Shown piece after piece: positions 13,001 through 25,695 of a stretch of DNA of 64,000 bases. The notes beneath the pieces are model-generated. The model saw only the letters and a list, made by a program, of their open reading frames with translations. It did not search any database and was not told where the DNA came from. Each line of letters opens with the position of its first letter. Position 1 is the stretch's first letter. A program made the translations under genes and the position numbers. Location: contig OX597819.1 of assembly GCA_951406725.2 (NCBI GenBank), forward strand, positions 97,216,001 through 97,280,000, written 5' to 3'. Source of the DNA: Octopus vulgaris. Taxonomy: Eukaryota.

Positions 13001-16000
13001 TTACAGCAGGTTTCATGTCAACCAACAACTTAAAGTTGTTCTTTAGTTGCATAAATTAATTAGAAGAAATGACTATCTGAACCAGAATCAGATAAAAGAA
13101 AGAATTTTGGGTGTATTACTGCCTGTTACTGGCCATTAATTTGCAATTTCCAGTAGATAGAATGATTTCAGTTTTGCATGAAAACTTATACAACATTGTT
13201 AAATGATTACCAGTATTATTTTGACTATTTCCATATCAAGATTTAACTTAACATTTAACTGAGGCTAACATATCATTTTCACCTATTCTTTCATTATAGC
13301 ATGAAATTTAGCTAAATCGACATTTAGCTAAATAGACCTGCCTTATTTTTTAACATCTTATTATCTGTTAATATTTTTCTTGTCCTATTGTTCTTAGCTA
13401 TACACATCACCATCATATTTTACCAGCCCACCAATTCTGTTCTACATTCATATAGCCATCAAAACAATGTTTATTACAACCTGTATATGTTTTCATAATT
13501 TCTATGTAAGGGATAAGATTTTAAGTAGTTGAAATGGTAGACAATTCTGTTTGTTTATTCAGGTTTTACATTCATTTTTCCATACTAAAAGGAATTAGAT
13601 GAATATGTATTGAGGCACTGTTTTATAGCCAGATGCTTTTTGTGTTGCTAACCTTTACCCGTTTTTCCAGTTAAGTATTTTTTTTAACTCAGAGCAGTGG
13701 GATGATTTGGTAATGGGGAACAGCAACAAACATAGGTTTACATTGCACATCAATATGTGTGTGTGTGTGTGCATGCTGTGTGTTTAAGAAGCTGTTCATG
13801 GGGAAATTGTAACTTGCAAGCAAAACATTAAGGGTTAGAGACAGGAAAGGCATCCAGTGACAAAATCTGCCTCAACAAATTCCCATCTAACCCATGTAAA
13901 CATGAAGCAGTGGACATTAAATGAACATGATGATGATATATTATACATATACATGCAACAGGTTTCCAAACAGATTCCATCTGCCAGTTTCACACACAAG
14001 GCATTGGTCAGTCCAAAGCTATAGAAGACACTTGCCCAACATAGCAAGCTGTGAGATAGGTCTCAAGATCACATGGTAACAAAATAAATTCTATAGTCAC
14101 ACCACAGCCACGTCTGCAGCTGCAATTCAATTAATTATATACAGTTAGATTAAAGAACTACATATAGTTTTAGAAATCCAATATATATAGGAAATTAAAG
14201 CTGAACATGATTTGCTTTCAGCCAAGGCTTTGAAGCATATGCAGTCTTTTATTTGCATAGAGATGGCTATTTCTTGATAATCACTGAACATGGAAAATCA
14301 TATGCATCTTTTATCTTTTACTTGATTCAGCCATTGGACTGTTGCCATACTGAAGGGTTTAGTTGAATAAATTGAGCCCCTAGTACTTATTTTTAAAATC
14401 TGATGCTAAGTTATGGGGATGTAAACAAACCAACAAAGGTTGTTAAGAAATAATGTGGGACAAGCACAGCACAAAGACATACATGTACATATGCACACAT
14501 ACACATAGATATTTATACAAGGAGCTTCTTTCAGTTTCCATCAGCCAAATCCACTCACAAGGCTTTGGACGGCCTGAAGCTATAATGGAAGACACTTGCC
14601 CAAAGAAACTCCCAGTGAGAGTACGCCTAAGAAAATTTTTCCCATAATTTAAACTTTAATCATTTTATTGAATTTATATTTATCATATAATTTTTTTTTT
14701 GCTTTTCTTCCAGTGGTGATGCGTCTTTTGAACAACAGGTGTGTCACCATACAGTGTTAAAGTGCTCTGCATGATACTGTGATAACTCTCTATAACTACT
14801 GAGCAACTGATCACTTTCTTTTGGTCATTATTGTTGACCAACTGTAGTTAGTGTGCAGTTGTATAGAAGTATGGGGTTGTGTGTAACGTCTTCAGCATTG
14901 ATAACACTGAAACCATCCAAGACAATGAACTGTGATGTAGTAAGTGCAACAGCCTGTCACAGACTAATTTAATCAAACACTGTTCACATTTCTAGATGAT
15001 GGCTATTGATTCTGAAGAACAAAGTTGTGAGATGCATAACTCAAAAGAAGACTGCAAGGAAATTAAAGAAAGTGTTGCTGTTTTAACCGCCTCCCCCACC
15101 CACCCTAATGAAACTTGACTGAACAGATCTAAAATAATGGACATTCCAGTCATGACAATCAAATCTCTTTAGAGACCTTTTGTATCTACAACTTCACTAC
15201 CCAATCCTCTGCATCCTACCACGTGTTAAATAGTGGAGTATAATTTCAGTAAGAATTTACTTTATGCAGATGTCCTTGTCCATATACAGCACTACCACCT
15301 TCAAATGTTTGATTAGATAGTATCTACAGTGGTGTTCATGGAAGGAAAGGTGAATGGAAAATAACATAGTAATTATGATGGTACATAATAGTCACGTATT
15401 TTTGTCATTGAAGGTATTTTACACATTTATAAGTAGTTATTAGGTGGTGGCAATGTTGAAGATAATGTTATGGTCATCATCACCATCATTTGACATCCTT
15501 GTTCTATGCTGGGGGTTGAACAGTATGACACAATCCAGTGGCTCCAAGTATTGCATCATGCTCCACTGTCTGCTTTGACATGGCTTCTTTGACTGGATGT
15601 CCTTTCTAATGGTAACCACTTTGCATGCACTGGGAGCTTTTTCATGCCACCAGCACTAATGAAGTCATCATACAGCTTGCACGACTATTAACCCCAAGTA
15701 ATGCTGCTTTATGCTAGGAATGGTTAAAGTTTCAGAGAAAGGGCCAGAACAGAACAAGTTTCTTCCAGTAGATGGGCCACAAGGCTGTTCACATTTTAAA
15801 AGAGAGTGTGGGGGATGATCAGAGTGGAGCAAGGAAGAGATAAAAAATAGTAATGATGAGGTGTCTATATAACCATCACTGTACAAATTAAGAAAAAAGT
15901 GAATGGGAGCAGAAGTACCAGGAATATATCTGGTGCAACTCCCCAGCTTGCCAGCTCTGGTCAATCTGTCCAACCCATGCCAGCATAGACAACATTAAAT

Positions 16001-16009
16001 GATGATAAA

Positions 16010-17095
16010 GTTTGCTTCCAGAACTTAGTTTTATCAAACTGTGTGGGTCTTCTCAAGAACTACATATTACCATTCATCCCAGTCCCTTATCTCTTCCTTG
16101 ATGTCCAAGGTCCTAAACTCAGCCTTCAACATGTGCCATGTCTTCTTGGGTCTTCATGTCTTTCTCTTCTACAAGCTCCATCCACATTAAAGTGGTCAGT
16201 ACTTCTATATACAAATGTCCTCATCCAAACACACCACATAACTAAACCAGCAAGTCATCTTTCTTGCACACTACATCTGATTCTTCTTGTGCTTAGTTTT
16301 TCTTTCAGCATACTTGTACTTTGCCATTAATGCACACTTGCATTGCACCTCCAACAGAGCATGCTTGCTTCATTTCTCTCTAGGCTTCCTAAGTCTTCTG
16401 CATTCAAGGCCTATGTCTCACAACTATGCAGCATTGCAGTTAACAGAAGCATCATACATTTTTCCAGTCTCTGAATGAAAAAAGTTTGTTACCAACAGCA
16501 GTAGAAGGTCCCTGAACTTTTTCCAACCAGCTCTTACTATACTTTTTGGAACAATTACCTCCCCTACTAATTACATACTTTAGATAACAAAATCTATTGA
16601 CTTCTAGTGGCATTTAAGAGACTTCTGGGAATTTAAAAAATCTATTTCTGGAGTGTTCATAGTATGTACTGCTTACTTTCTCTGTTAATCTACCTGTGAT
16701 TCTACTACATCTCTTATGTGTCCATAGCTTATATTGTGTATAGCATATGGAGTTTATACTTACTTCTTTCCTGTATATCAAGCATGATGCTGAAGATCCA
16801 AGATTCCTGTCTTCTTTCCTACTTACTAAAACCTTTGTTTTGACAAATTTCACCTGAAGACCTCTTGATTCTAGGTTTGGCTTGCATACTCGAAATTTCA
16901 TCTCTAAGTCCCCTATAGATCTAGCTATGAGAACTAGATCATCAGCATATAGTAATTCCCATGTCTTAAACTCTGTGGTGACTTGTAGGACTATGACAAA
17001 AAGGAGAGGACTGAGCCTTAATTAACTCCTATCTTCATGCTAAATTAACGACCAAAATTATTGTCAACTCTCACTTTGCTTACTGCATCTTTGTG
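16010..17095 (-). mobile_element. RTE LINE reverse transcriptase 3' part, degraded
   Basis: Minus strand ELLYADDLVLIA (~16925-16960), NLESRGLQVKFVKTKVLVS, Cys/His finger, then C-terminal RTE-like region. Confidence 0.8.
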
Positions 17096-19483
17096 CAACA
17101 GAATATAAACTCCATCTTTCATGTCTTAAAGTATAATTAAATATTCAACTCACAAGATGAATTATTAGTTCCAAGAAGTATATTTGAGACGTTATTTGAA
17201 AAACAATAACAGAATTAAAGATAAGCAGTGAGTTATCATAGCACCAGGGAGGATTCAATATAATTAAACATTTAAATCTTTCTGGTAGATATGAAATTTA
17301 TTTATCAATTTCCAAATTTGTACAATAATATTTTCAAGAAAATAGAGAAAATATGTTAGTTCTGATTCCATCATCATCAGTGTAAAATTAAATCTTTCTG
17401 ATTATTTTATTTCTTCTTCTTCAAAAGTTTAAATCCTAGCAGACTGAATTTTACTTTTCATGATTGTAAGTTCAATGAAATAGTAACAAACATGGGTTTC
17501 CATTCCATCAATTCTACAAAATGTGTTTACATAGCCAATTTAAAGATATGGAAATTTTGGTTAACATTCAAATGGAATCTCTCAAAACAGATATATCAAA
17601 TGCAAAAGTATTTTCCCTTTTATTTTCAATAAAAGAGAGAAATTGGAAAGCAGCAACACATTTTGAGGAATAAAAATAGGTGAACATAAAAAATTGATTT
17701 ATATGATAAAAGTAGTGGTGTAGAAGGCATGAAATAAAGTATATGGTTGGACAGAATAAATACCTACACCTACAGCTATAGAATTAATAGCCACACCTAC
17801 AGCTATAATTTAGTTCAGTAATAAGCTGTGCTTTATTTCAATCACAGAAACACTAAAGTCTAAAAAACAAGTATTGCACTTAAAAAACAAAATGCTAGAA
17901 TATATAGGAATGTGTTAAACAGCAATGTTTCATTCATATTGAGGCTTTTAAAGAATTTATTCAAAGTGAAAAACATACCAAGTCTTTGATATTGGCTTTC
18001 CTACAGTGAAGACTGAATCAAAGATTTGACATTGAATAATTTCGTCGATTGTTAATGCTTCAATGGCACTCGATTTAAATATTAAAACGGGTAGGAAACT
18101 TGCAGGCTTTGCACAGATAAATAGATCTGATTTTCTAAAGGCAGAATATTTTAAAATACACACAGCTGGCAATAGTTTATTCCAATTATTTGAAAAAAAC
18201 AGTCAGCGGATTATATTCACCAAAAGTAGAAATATTATTCTACAACTAAAATAGCCATTTAAAGCATCCAATGCAGATCATCAGGCAGCATGTGGAATCC
18301 TGACCAGAAGCAATTTAATAATCCTGGAATTATTCTCAAAATATCTTTATACCAACTACTTGATGATATAGTTGTTTCAACATTCAGACTTGTTGAATTT
18401 TTTTTTTTTTTTTTTTTTTGATGGCCTAATTACACAGTTATTAAAGAATTATTCACACAGTTAACTTCTAATTAATGCATAGACCATTTCATTTTAAATT
18501 CTAATTGATAGGAAGTTAAATTACAGGGAAAATTCAAAATTAAAATGTATAGTTGTCTTCTTTTCTTTTTTTTTCAATTTTTTAGAATAGCTTTATACCA
18601 AGTACTCAAACGATGCTAAGATAATTAATTGGCTGGAAGAAAAATAACAGAGCACTAATCTAAATTTCTAACACTATTTAGTTCCATGTCTACATTTTGA
18701 GTTCAAATTCTGCCAGAACTGATAATGATTTTCAACCTTCTAGAGTTGATAAAATAAATACCTGTTGGATATTGCAGTCAACTTAATCAACTTTACCCTC
18801 CTTTACATATAAGCAGCCTTGAGCAATAATCATATTATCACATCTAGGAAGTACACAACAGTTCTGAAAATTCATGTATATATTATATCATCATAATCCT
18901 TTTGAGAGCCACTTTCCATGCTTGCATGGATCAGAACAAAATTCACTGATTATCTTCACTGTTTCCAAGCAACATAATATTTCCCATAGTCTTTCAAACA
19001 CAAACAGTTCAATAGCTGGATATGTTTTCGTTCAGGACTTTAAATGAATGATACTGCTTAAATGATGGTGATATTTTGTTGACAATTAGAACGTAATGTC
19101 AAGTCATGGAGGCAAAATCAGCTTCTTCAAGGTCCTGCCTAGCAAATCCACTTATAAGACTTTGGTCACACAAGATGTCATGCACTGGTTTTGAACTTCA
19201 AACCACAAGGCTGCAAACCGAACTTCTCAACCACACAGCCATGCTTGCACCTGTGTGTGTTACAGGAGCATTTCATTGTCTTCAAAGGTAACTGTTCAGA
19301 GCTGTGAAATGGGTGTAACTAACAGTTAACCTAGGAACATAACTAATGCTAGTAGTATGGTTAGAACCTACAATCTTTGATTCAGAGGTACAGCAGCATA
19401 TTATCCACTCAGTTGCCATATATCTACAGAATTTATAGTACATTATTTACATTGGACAGATACGTGTCCTCATTTTGTTTGTT

Positions 19484-19529
19484 GTTACAACGTTTCGGCT
19501 GATTTACTCTCCAGCCTGCATCAGGTATC
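19484..19529 (-). ncRNA. Minimal type I hammerhead ribozyme-like motif in inverted pLTR
   Basis: Minus strand gatac-CTGATGc-a-GGCTG-gagagtaaat-CAGCC-GAAA-CG-TT-gtaac: stem I 4/5 bp, perfect 5-bp stem II, palindromic AACGTT stem III; core A9 mutated to C. Confidence 0.6.
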
Positions 19530-19699
19530 CTAGTAGAATTTTGAACCCAACCCTGGGTTCTCATTCCTAAAGAATTTTTTTGCTGATATTATTATTATTA
19601 TTATTATTTATTCAAGGCACTGTCTGGAATTGAACTCACAATCTGGGAGTTAGTAGCCCATGCTCTTAACCATTACGCTATATGCCCATGAGCATACCC

Positions 19700-20880
19700 C
19701 CATTCCACCCACTTCACAGAATTGATCAAGGATACCCCCATTGGATCCAACCAGATGGTAAGTCTAGATGTGATAAGTCTGTTCACCAAAATCCCAACTG
19801 ATGAAGCACTCTCAGTGATTCCAGAAAAACTAATGATGGATACCTATCTAAAAGATCGCACTAGTATACCAATAGGAAACTTGATGGAAATGCTGACCTT
19901 CTGCATAGAAACTACCTACTTCAGAGAAGATACTAAGATACATCGACAGGATGAGGGTTTAGCAATGGGTTCACCATTATCACCAATAATAGTAAATATA
20001 TACATGGAATACTTTGAGAATTTGGCTTTAGGATCAACACCACTAAAGCCAACCCTATGGCTTTGATACATTGATGACACCTTTATACTCTAGCCCCACC
20101 AAGATGTCCAAGTACTGCTAAATCATGTCAACTCAATAAAGCCATCCATACAGTTCACAATGGAAAAGGTAAAAGATTATCAGCTAGCACTCCTGGATGT
20201 ATTAATAACATGCAATAAGCATGGGTTCCGGACATCCATATACCACAAGCCAACCATCACTGGCCGATACCTCAACTTCAATTCCCACCATACATACAGT
20301 GTAAAGAGTGGGATTGCTCAGTGCCTAAAACATTAAGCAAAGAATATAAGTAGTGATCCTGATACATACCATGAAGAAATGGTCAATCTATTAAGCAACG
20401 ACTACCCAAAAAACATACTGTCCACTCCAATAAGGAAGAGGAGAGAGGATGAACCCCATAAACTTACCACAGTCTGTTTACTCTATATGAAAGGCTCCTT
20501 GGAAAAAATACACAAGATATGCGGTCCTTATGGCATCAAGACGGTATTCAAGAGTAATACAACACTTCACAAATATCTCCTTTGAGTAAAACCACCAATA
20601 GAAGAAATATGACCATAGACTGTGTGTACTCCATCCCATGCAGTTGTGGTAAGTTATGCAAAGGTAAAACATGCCACCCACTCAAAATAAGGGTAGAGGA
20701 ACATCATAAAGCTGTGACACGAGGAGATGTTGAAAAGTCAGGTATAGATCATGTATGGAAAAGAGGAGACTACCTTCCCCTGTGGGATGAAGTTAAAATA
20801 ATAGACAGAGAACACCACTGGAAAATATGAAAACTAAAAGAGGCGGCACATATGCTAGGACACAACAACCTCCTAAGCAG
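19700..20880 (+). pseudogene. Penelope-like RT + GIY-YIG endonuclease ORF, disrupted
   Basis: VSLDVISLFTKIP, GLAMGSPLSPIIVNIYM, W..YIDDTF (RT motifs); CVYSIPCSCGKLCKGKT..LKIRVEEH (GIY-YIG); stops and frameshifts. Confidence 0.9.
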
Positions 20881-22719
20881 ACCTTAGGAGTAGAATATGA
20901 GTAAAATATGTGAACCAGTATTAAAAAAGGATATAAAAATATTAGATTTATAAGCCTTAACATTCACCCTATAATTGCCCATGGGCATATAGCATAATGG
21001 TTGAGAGCATGGGCTACTAACCCCAAGTGCCTTGAATAAATAATAATAATAATAATATCAGCAAAAAAAAAAAATGAATGAGAACTGAAGAGTAAATCAG
21101 CCGAAATGTTGTAACAACAAACAAGATGAGGACACATATCCATCCAATGTAAATAATGTGCAGAAATCCTCATCTCTAAAATATAGATCAGAATTTATTG
21201 TAGATTAGCTATCCGGCTAGCTATTTGAACTTCAGACATCTGGCTAGCTGCTCATATGTCTGAAGTTTAAATACATGGTAAGGCTGGAATGTATTAGAAC
21301 AATATAATAGCTAGAGCTCATAGACTGAGTACAGCCACCAATGTCTATACATATGGTCCATTTGATGTAATTCTGATGATTATAATTTGAGAATGCAAAA
21401 GAAATAAAAGATGAAAAGTAGAAATGTTGCAAAATTTAGATACAGATATTCATAAAAGGTGGAAAACAGATAAAACAAGTGGCAAACACAGAGAGAGGGT
21501 TAGAAAGATACAGCAGAATAGCACTGATCAGAATGCATATCTTAAGACAGACAAAGACAGGATTCAGAATAAATGTGATCAGGGACAAATCAAATATTAT
21601 TGATCGGGGAAAAATAGTTTTGCATGTGGTTAGGAATTAGTCAAGATTAAAGACTCTTTAGAACCTAAAGGGAATTAATATTTTCTTATGGAAATATAAA
21701 TCAAGAATTTGTAAACGGTCAAAGTTTATCCAAACAAGTATAGGAAGGAAGTGCATTTAAAACACAGCATGAAAGGAATTGGAGTTTAATGGTAGAATAT
21801 CTAAGTTACAATAATTTCATTATTATTATTATATTTTGAAACACAGCAATGTCAAAAAAAGCAATTTCTATTTTTAATGCTACAACAATTCTAAGATTAT
21901 TTTCAGTAACAGATGGATTTAGTTAATCCTTATAACAAATTACGATAATAAAATAATTTTATTAATAATTAATACATATAAGAGAACCAGCTGATCTCAG
22001 AAGACAATATCTTCTTTGCTGAGATAAAAACAGAAATATAAATACAAACCAAAAAATAAAGCATCACATTTTGAAAAAATAAATATGTTTAAAAATTTGG
22101 TTCTTAAGTAAGCTGAATATGTTTTAATTACAATTGTAATATAATCTCTATATTTTTTATATCTATGGAGGTAATACCACTTCTTTTGAAGGAGTGAGAT
22201 GCTTTGTGTGGTTAGCAGAGTTGATAATAACTTTATATTAACCATCATCATTATCATCAGTTTAATAGTTGCTTTCCTACATTGGTATAAGCTGGACAAT
22301 TCTACATTAGTATCAGAATTAAGTACCATTTTAGTTATTGTAAACAGTCTAATCTAACCTCCCAAATTATCCTATGCCAATATTTCACACAGTTACTATC
22401 TACCACCAGTTTATGATACATTCATACATCATACATACATACATACATACATATCATCATCATCATCAAATGTCTATTTTCCATGCTGGCATAGGTTGGA
22501 TGTCTGACAGGAGCTGGCAAGCCAGAGGATTGTGCCAAGCTCTACTGGTTTCTATGGCTGGATGCTTTTCCTAAAGCCAACCACTTTACAGAGCATACTG
22601 GGTGGTTTTTTTTTATGTAGACCCTCATTTATGTACATAAATTTCATTACCTAATTAAGCTAAATATAAAAATATCTTGGTTAAGTGAAATTTCTCACCA
22701 GAATTAATAATATCAATAA

Positions 22720-23450
22720 TAGCTTTGAAGTTTGGTACTAGACCAGCAATTTTAAGGGAAGTGGGTAAGCTGATTGTATTGACTCCAGTGCTCAACTGGT
22801 ACTTATTTCATCAAACCTGAAAGGATGAATGGCAAAGTCAGTCCTGGCAGAATTTGAACTCAGAAGAAAAGCCACTAGGCATTTTGTCTAGCATAGTAAC
22901 AATTCTGCCAGCTTGCAGCCTTAATAATAATAAAAATATTAATATTAATAATAATACTGATACTAAAAATAATAATAATAATAATGGTAATAATAATAAT
23001 GGCTTCAAATTTTGGCACAAGGCCAGCAATTTCAGGGAGAAGGACTAAATTAATCACATTGATGCCAATATTCAACTGGTACTTATTTATCGACCTCAAA
23101 AAGATGAAAGGCAAAGTTGACCTCAAGAGAATTTGAACTCAGAACATAAAGCCAGACAAAATGTTGCTAAGCATTTTACCCAGTATGTTAATGATTCTGC
23201 CAGCTGGCCACCTTAATAATAATAATAATAATACTTTCTACTATAGAGTCACAAGACCTGAAATTTTGGTGGGATGGGAAGAGTTGATTACATCAACCCC
23301 AGTACTCAACTGGTACATAATTTATCAACCCTGAAAGGATGAAAGGCAAAGTCGACCTTGGAAGAATTTGAACTCAGAACGTAGTGATAGGCGAAATACT
23401 GCCAAGCATTTTGTCCAGCATGCTAATGATTCTGTCAGCTCACCGCCTGA
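22720..23450 (-). mobile_element. Three head-to-tail copies of the MetaSINE-like SINE separated by (AAT)n
   Basis: Copies at ~22720-22922, 23000-23215 and 23236-23450, each with ACTGGTAC...GAAAGGATGAAAGGCAAAG...GAATTTGAACTCAG. Confidence 0.85.
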
Positions 23451-23599
23451 ATAATGGTAATAATAATAAATTGATTGGAGAAAGAGTGATAAAGGTCCTA
23501 GTATTTTTCATCTATCAAGATCAAAATAAGACTGGATATTTGGTTGCAAATTTTTTTATGATTACATCATAAGTTACATAACCTTTAGAAGTATTTCAC

Positions 23600-23935
23600 A
23601 AGCATATATGGTATGCAATGCAATAATTGTTACAAAGATGGTTGCATAATCACACTTAGACCTTAGAAGTAATTACAGAGGTATGAAATTGCAGGACCTG
23701 CTCATGAAAATTACAGAAAGAGTCATAGCACAGTTAATTAGGAAGAGAATTAGGTTAGATGAGATGCAGTTTAGTTTACTACCACAAAGTAGTACCACTG
23801 ATGTCCTTTTTCATGTAAGACAGCTGTAGAAATAGTTAGCTTTAAAAAAAAAAGCCACTGTAAATAGCATTCATCGACCTGTAGAAAAATCTTTCAACAA
23901 GGTCCTTTGCTCTGTAATCTGGTGTTCCCTGTGGA
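23600..23935 (+). mobile_element. RTE LINE RT fragment
   Basis: NYRGMKLQDLLMKITERVIAQLIRKRIRLDEMQF..LPQSSTTD..F matches RTE RT domains 1-2. Confidence 0.75.
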
Positions 23936-25559
23936 AGTTCACCCGAGGATGGGTGGGTTATAGGTAGTATTAAGTAAATGGAAGATGTTTCCCTGGTAAA
24001 TAGGGTAGTCTTTAACAGAAAACCTCTCCAAACAAGCCTAGTAACAATTGCCAGCCAGTGATTGGTAAACTGTAGAGATCTAGAAGAATTGAGTATTCTG
24101 CACAGAAATAAATTTTTTAAAACCCATCTCAAGCAAATTCAAACTTCTGTATTGTTGGTAACGAAACCATTTCATTAACATCGCTCCAGAGTCACTCAGT
24201 ACCCTCACTACTGTGCAGTATCACTGAGCTGAGAGTCTACTCTGTTTAAACCTACTCAAAATGGGAAGAGAGAATTTTTTTTTTTAATTCAGTCACCCAA
24301 TGCCTCATCCCCACAGATGTCTATAACCCATACTATGATTATGCATACAGTGACTATGCATACAGAAAATATCTACAAAGAAAAATACCAGTTATGTGTG
24401 CAATGTAAACAAATGTGTGCATATGACGTGCGTATATTTGTTGTGTGAGGTATGTGTAGCATGCACGTGTTATTGGCGTGTGTATGTGTGTGATTGGTGT
24501 ATGTATGGATGTGATTGGTGTGTGTGTGCGTGTGATTGATGTGTGTGCGCGGGAATGGTGTGTGGGTGTATGTGTATGTGCGCAGGAATGGCATGCGCGC
24601 GCATGCATGTTGTCAAAAAATTAACCCCTGGTTAGTGAGCTGTTTAATATACTAACAGCCGTGAAGTGTGGACTAGATCACAACGACGGTTATGGAATAG
24701 CTTATCTTTTAATATAACTTAAGTTACCTCCCTTACATTTACAGAATTTTTTTTCTTCTCTTATCAGGGAAAATTTTTTATCAATTTTCAAAAAAAATTT
24801 ACATATAATTCTAGAATTTCTTTTTACATTACCCCATAATTTTATAAAATCATTAAGAATAGATTTCATATAGGCTTTTTCGTGAATATTTTAAAAAGAT
24901 ATGTAGGCTAATTATAGAGCTTATACACATCCCTAATGTAGCTTTTTCAATAATCGTTATGGATATATCAGTACTACATAGCCTTCATCATCACACAACC
25001 TGGAAATATATCAGGACCACACTTTTCTCTCATTATCACACAACCTTATCCACTCACACACTCCTATATCATTCTATAATTCTAAGTAACCTCCTGTACC
25101 ACATACAGTTTTGTTATAAATATGAAGTGGCATCATTATGTAAATCATATAGAAAGCCAAACCATTTCATTAACATCACTCCAGTGTCCTAGCAGAGAGT
25201 CTACTGTTTAAACCTACTCAAAATGGGAAGGGAGAATTTTTTTGTTTTTAATTCAGTCACCCAATTTCTGGGATAAATTTGTTCAATAGGTATTAGTAAA
25301 AAGTATAAGTTAACCATTATAGATTAATTGTAGTGGAAATATCTATAGAATGTTCAGGAAGCAAAATATCACATCATTAGCTTTATTAAACATTGTGAGA
25401 AGTTTGTCAAAAAGTAATATCAAAGTGGGCTTGAAGAAAGCCAAACTGCAGTACCACAAAATGTATATTCGCCCATGTATAGATGTAGCTGGGGAAAATA
25501 ATATTGATTTAAAGAAAATCTAGGACAAATCAAAAGAAATTTATCAATTTGTAAAGTTT

Positions 25560-25695
25560 GACTGGTGACACAAGTGGAAATTTACTGAATGGTGACACAA
25601 GTGGAAACTTTCCAATCGGTAACATAGGTGGAAACTTTCAAAATGGTGACACAGGTGGAAACTTTCCAAATGGTGACACAAGTGGAAACTTTCTG
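25560..25695. repeat. 27-bp minisatellite, about 5 units
   Basis: TGGTGACACAAGTGGAAACTTTCCAAA repeated with substitutions. Confidence 0.85.

Larger units (their letters stand above)
19441..21188 (+). mobile_element. Penelope-like retroelement (EN+), 5'-truncated, with inverted 5' pLTR (19441-19696) and 3' pLTR (20977-21188)
   Basis: RT and GIY-YIG remnants between two inverted copies of the same terminal repeat; 14-bp TSD CAGAATTTAT(A/T)GTA at 19427-19440 and 21189-21202. Confidence 0.9.

Noticed and set aside
17160-18400. Coding-looking AT-rich stretch with ORFs on both strands and a possible minus-strand donor near 17978
   Set aside because: Stops and frameshifts in every frame and no motif I recognise; BLASTX/HHpred needed to tell a decayed transposon or viral gene from noise.
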